Source: Nemertoderma westbladi
Taxonomy: Eukaryota; Animalia; Xenacoelomorpha
Length of the DNA stretch: 64,000 nt
Direction: 5' to 3'
Assembly: GCA_032718475.1 (NCBI GenBank)
Contig: JAUCBJ010008499.1
Location: 62,001-126,000, forward strand
The notes beneath the pieces are model-generated. The model made no database searches and was not told the origin of the DNA. It saw only the letters and a program-made list of their open reading frames with translations. How positions within the stretch are numbered: the stretch's first letter is position 1; each line of letters starts with the position of its first letter. Positions 61,024 through 64,000 of the stretch are shown one piece after another. A program made the position numbers and the translations under genes.

Positions 61024-62580
61024 CCCTATTAGTACCGGGCTATAAAATGTTGTACAAATACCGGGAGGGGGTCATATTGACCCCCCCCTCTAAAATCTAC
61101 AAATATTTACGAAAACGTCTGGTTTTTTGTTTGTACGTAGGTATCACTTGTCTGGATCCGATCGAAAAAAAAAATTTTCGAAAAAATGTACTGGGGTGGT
61201 TATATTGCAGCACCAAAATTACAAGTAGTGCACAATTTTCACAAAATTTGAAAGTTACATTTTCGGCTAATTATTTTTCAATACAGGTTTTTTGGGGTAC
61301 AAAATACATTGGAAAATATTTAAAAATGATATGATTACTATAAATGGCTGTTTAGTCCTCTCTGCGTAGGAAAAAAATGAAAAAAACAAGTAACCAGCAC
61401 TTTTCAGTTAGAACACAAAATTTTTAATTCACTTATACGATGCTATAAATTCACATTTTCAGGTTTTCGAGGGCGCTGATTCTAATGGAATACATTTCTA
61501 ATATGCCAGATCATTGCTACTTGTATTTTTCGGCGTAATTTAGCAAATTTTGGTGCTAGCACAAAATTTCGTACCCATCACCAAAAAGTACAAGTTTGCG
61601 ATGTCCAGTGCTGTTTTTATTGATTCCATCGGATTCAGGACCCTCATAAACCCGTATAACGCAAGAAACAAGGTGATACTATCTACTTATCAATTTGCAT
61701 ATTTTCCAAAATTTGGTGCTGGCACAACAATTTTCACCCACCGGCGAAAAATACAGGTTTGAGAACTCTTATGAAATTTTTACTGATTCCATTGAATTCA
61801 GAACCATCACAAACCCGTATAACGCAAGAAACAAGGTGACACAATCAATTGATATATTTGATGGTTTTCAAAATTTGGTGCTAGCACCACATTTTGCACC
61901 CACATCCGAAAAATACAAGTTTGAGATGTCTTGTTCGATAATTATATTTTCCATTGAATTCAGAACAGCCATAAACCTCTAAAACGCAAGAAATAAATTG
62001 TCACAAGAAATTTTATATATTGAATGGATTTTCAAAATTTCGTGTTAGCACCAAAATTAGCACACAGCACCGAAAAATACAAGTTTGATACGCTTGGTTC
62101 AACTCGTATATATTTCATCGAATCCAGAACCTCAAAAAACCCCAATTGCGTAAAAAACAAGTTTCAAACAATCAATTTACAAAATTGACTTATTTCAAAA
62201 TTTGGTGCTGGCACCAAAATTTGGCACCCATCGAAAAAAACAAGTTTGAAATTTCTAAATCAATTTATATGAATTCCATCCAATTTCTAAGACCAAAAAA
62301 CCGGTGTAAATCAAAAATAGAGATGTTACAATTCATATTTAATGAAATGTAATTTTCAAAAAACGTCTCAAAAAAAGTGCCAAAAGTAGGGTTTAAAAAT
62401 GGTGCTATAACTCGAAAAGTACCGAATATTTTTGAAAACGGTTTTCACTACCATGAAGACAATAGATTTTTAGGAAAAGTCATAAAGTTTCAGATTCCCA
62501 ACTGCGTATGTTTCAGAATTATAATAAAAAAACCACGGGGGGGGTCATATTGACCCCCCCCCCCCCCGGGTTTAATAGGG
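61024..62580. mobile_element. Non-autonomous piggyBac-like DNA transposon
   Basis: TTAA|CCCTATTA...TAATAGGG|TTAA; subterminal GGGGGTCATATTGACCCCC near both ends; absent from the neighbouring repeat copy; no transposase ORF. Confidence 0.85.
61545..62345. repeat. Five diverged ~163-bp tandem units inside the piggyBac-like element
   Basis: aaatttggtgct(a/g)gcac...aaaatacaagtttg recurs at ~61547, 61709, 61871, 62035, 62198. Confidence 0.8.
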
Positions 62581-64000
62581 TTAAAGAATGCTGTCTGGGC
62601 TGGAATAGCAATACTGGTTGTCTATTACTATTCCTCTCTGGTTAGTCTTAGCAACAACTCCCAGCCAGCAGCAGAGACTTGACCAATAATCATTCCCAGC
62701 AACTGGGAATGACACACACATCCCATCTATGTACCAGCATGTTGGCCAATAAATGAGCAGTATTTAATGAGAATAAATTTTTTTTGCCGTTTTAATTACT
62801 TTAGATCAATTAAAGACACAATTATTAAAGCAAATCACTTGAACTAATTAAAAACTATAATAGAATGGGGTATGTGGATTACATCTGTATAATTTTTAAT
62901 TATAATTATTTAAATCTTATACTGTAAAACAATTAATTTCCTTTAAAAGGCAGGTTGAAAATGGTGTTTTTACCGTAATAACTTAATTAACTAATTAACT
63001 GCTATTATCTTAGCTTCTCGAAGGCCACACTGAAATTCTACTTGGAAAATTTCTAAACTTTTGCCAAACAACATGTGTACCAAGTTTGGATAGATTTCAT
63101 CAAAGATTGGCCGAGTTATTAACGTTTAAAATTGAACGCGAAAGAACGACAGAACGACAGAACGACACGTTCGTGGGGCCTTCGCGCAGCACGAGGCCCA
63201 GTTATGAGATACAAATTAAAATTGAGCGACTGTATCACAAAATCAGGTTTTGAGAAATTTACCCACACCACCAATCAATCAAAGAAAGGGGGACAGTACG
63301 TGTTCACCCCTTTTAATCCCCCCCCCCCCCCCCACCCTTCCCAACCACCAATACATAACCGCGACATCTACCACCCACGGAAGGGTAGCACGAACTTATT
63401 TCCAATCGCACGTTCAATATGCAAAGCCAGGTGGTTTATAGGAATATAATAAACGCAGTACTCGTATTCATTATAAGCCTCGTTGCGTTCGTCCTGTTTT
63501 GTATTTAAATATATTTCTTAAACGCAGGCTAGGACGTTCTTTATAATAATAATAACTAGGGATGCGATCAATATGTGAAGCCAGGTGGTTTATATAATAA
63601 TTTAGTCAACGCAGTACTCGTCTTCATTATATGCCTCGTTGCGCTCGTCGCTTGTCCTGTTTTGTTATAAAATATTTTTCCTAAACGCAGACTGACGATC
63701 TTTATACAGTTATAACTATGCGAAGTTTCGAAACTGTGCGAGTAACTGTTGATACATCTATGTGGATATGTGTGATATGTGGAGATGTGTGATACAACGC
63801 CAACGCATCTTATGCCGATGTAGTAATATGGGTATTGAAATAATATTAAATTAATGTACACTCTTAAAGCTGCAGCGAAAAAATGTAGCTAATTTCCTAG
63901 GTTACATATAAAATAATAATATTATTTTTAAGAACATTAATTTTACTACTTTGCAAAAATTCAATTAAAAAATAACCAGACATATACATTGTGGAATAAA

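Larger units (their letters stand above)
57924..64000. repeat. Tandem triplication of a ~1.55-1.75 kb non-coding block (copies start ~57924, 59474, 62784), possibly Helentron/HINE-related
   Basis: Near-identical blocks starting gttttaattactttagatcaattaaagacac, with gacagaac microrepeats and hairpin gggccttcg..cgaggccc; the family assignment is weak. Confidence 0.85.

Overview
Animal (probably invertebrate) nuclear DNA. Twelve minus-strand GT-AG exons (33775 down to 1) splice in frame into the Calx-beta and C-terminal region of a FRAS1/FREM-family (FREM2/ECM3-like) extracellular matrix protein; no upstream exon is recognisable in 33776-64000. Its introns hold a same-strand nested RNPC3 (U11/U12-65K) gene, five tandem-repeat arrays, MITE-like elements, decayed RTE-type LINE pieces, a 19 kb BEL/Pao LTR retrotransposon, an older LTR-element remnant, a piggyBac-like element and a triplicated ~1.5 kb block. 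Three observations stand out. (1) Three arrays are amplified copies of the gene's own splice sites, including one 16.5 kb intron with ~16 donor copies at one end and ~450 acceptor copies at the other. (2) The BEL element carries an intact 1235-aa non-Env second ORF with three CCHC zinc knuckles. (3) A 16-bp palindrome, CAAACCCGCRGGTTTG, recurs six times through that element regardless of reading frame. All calls come from reading the sequence and recalled family motifs; no searches were run and copy numbers are approximate.
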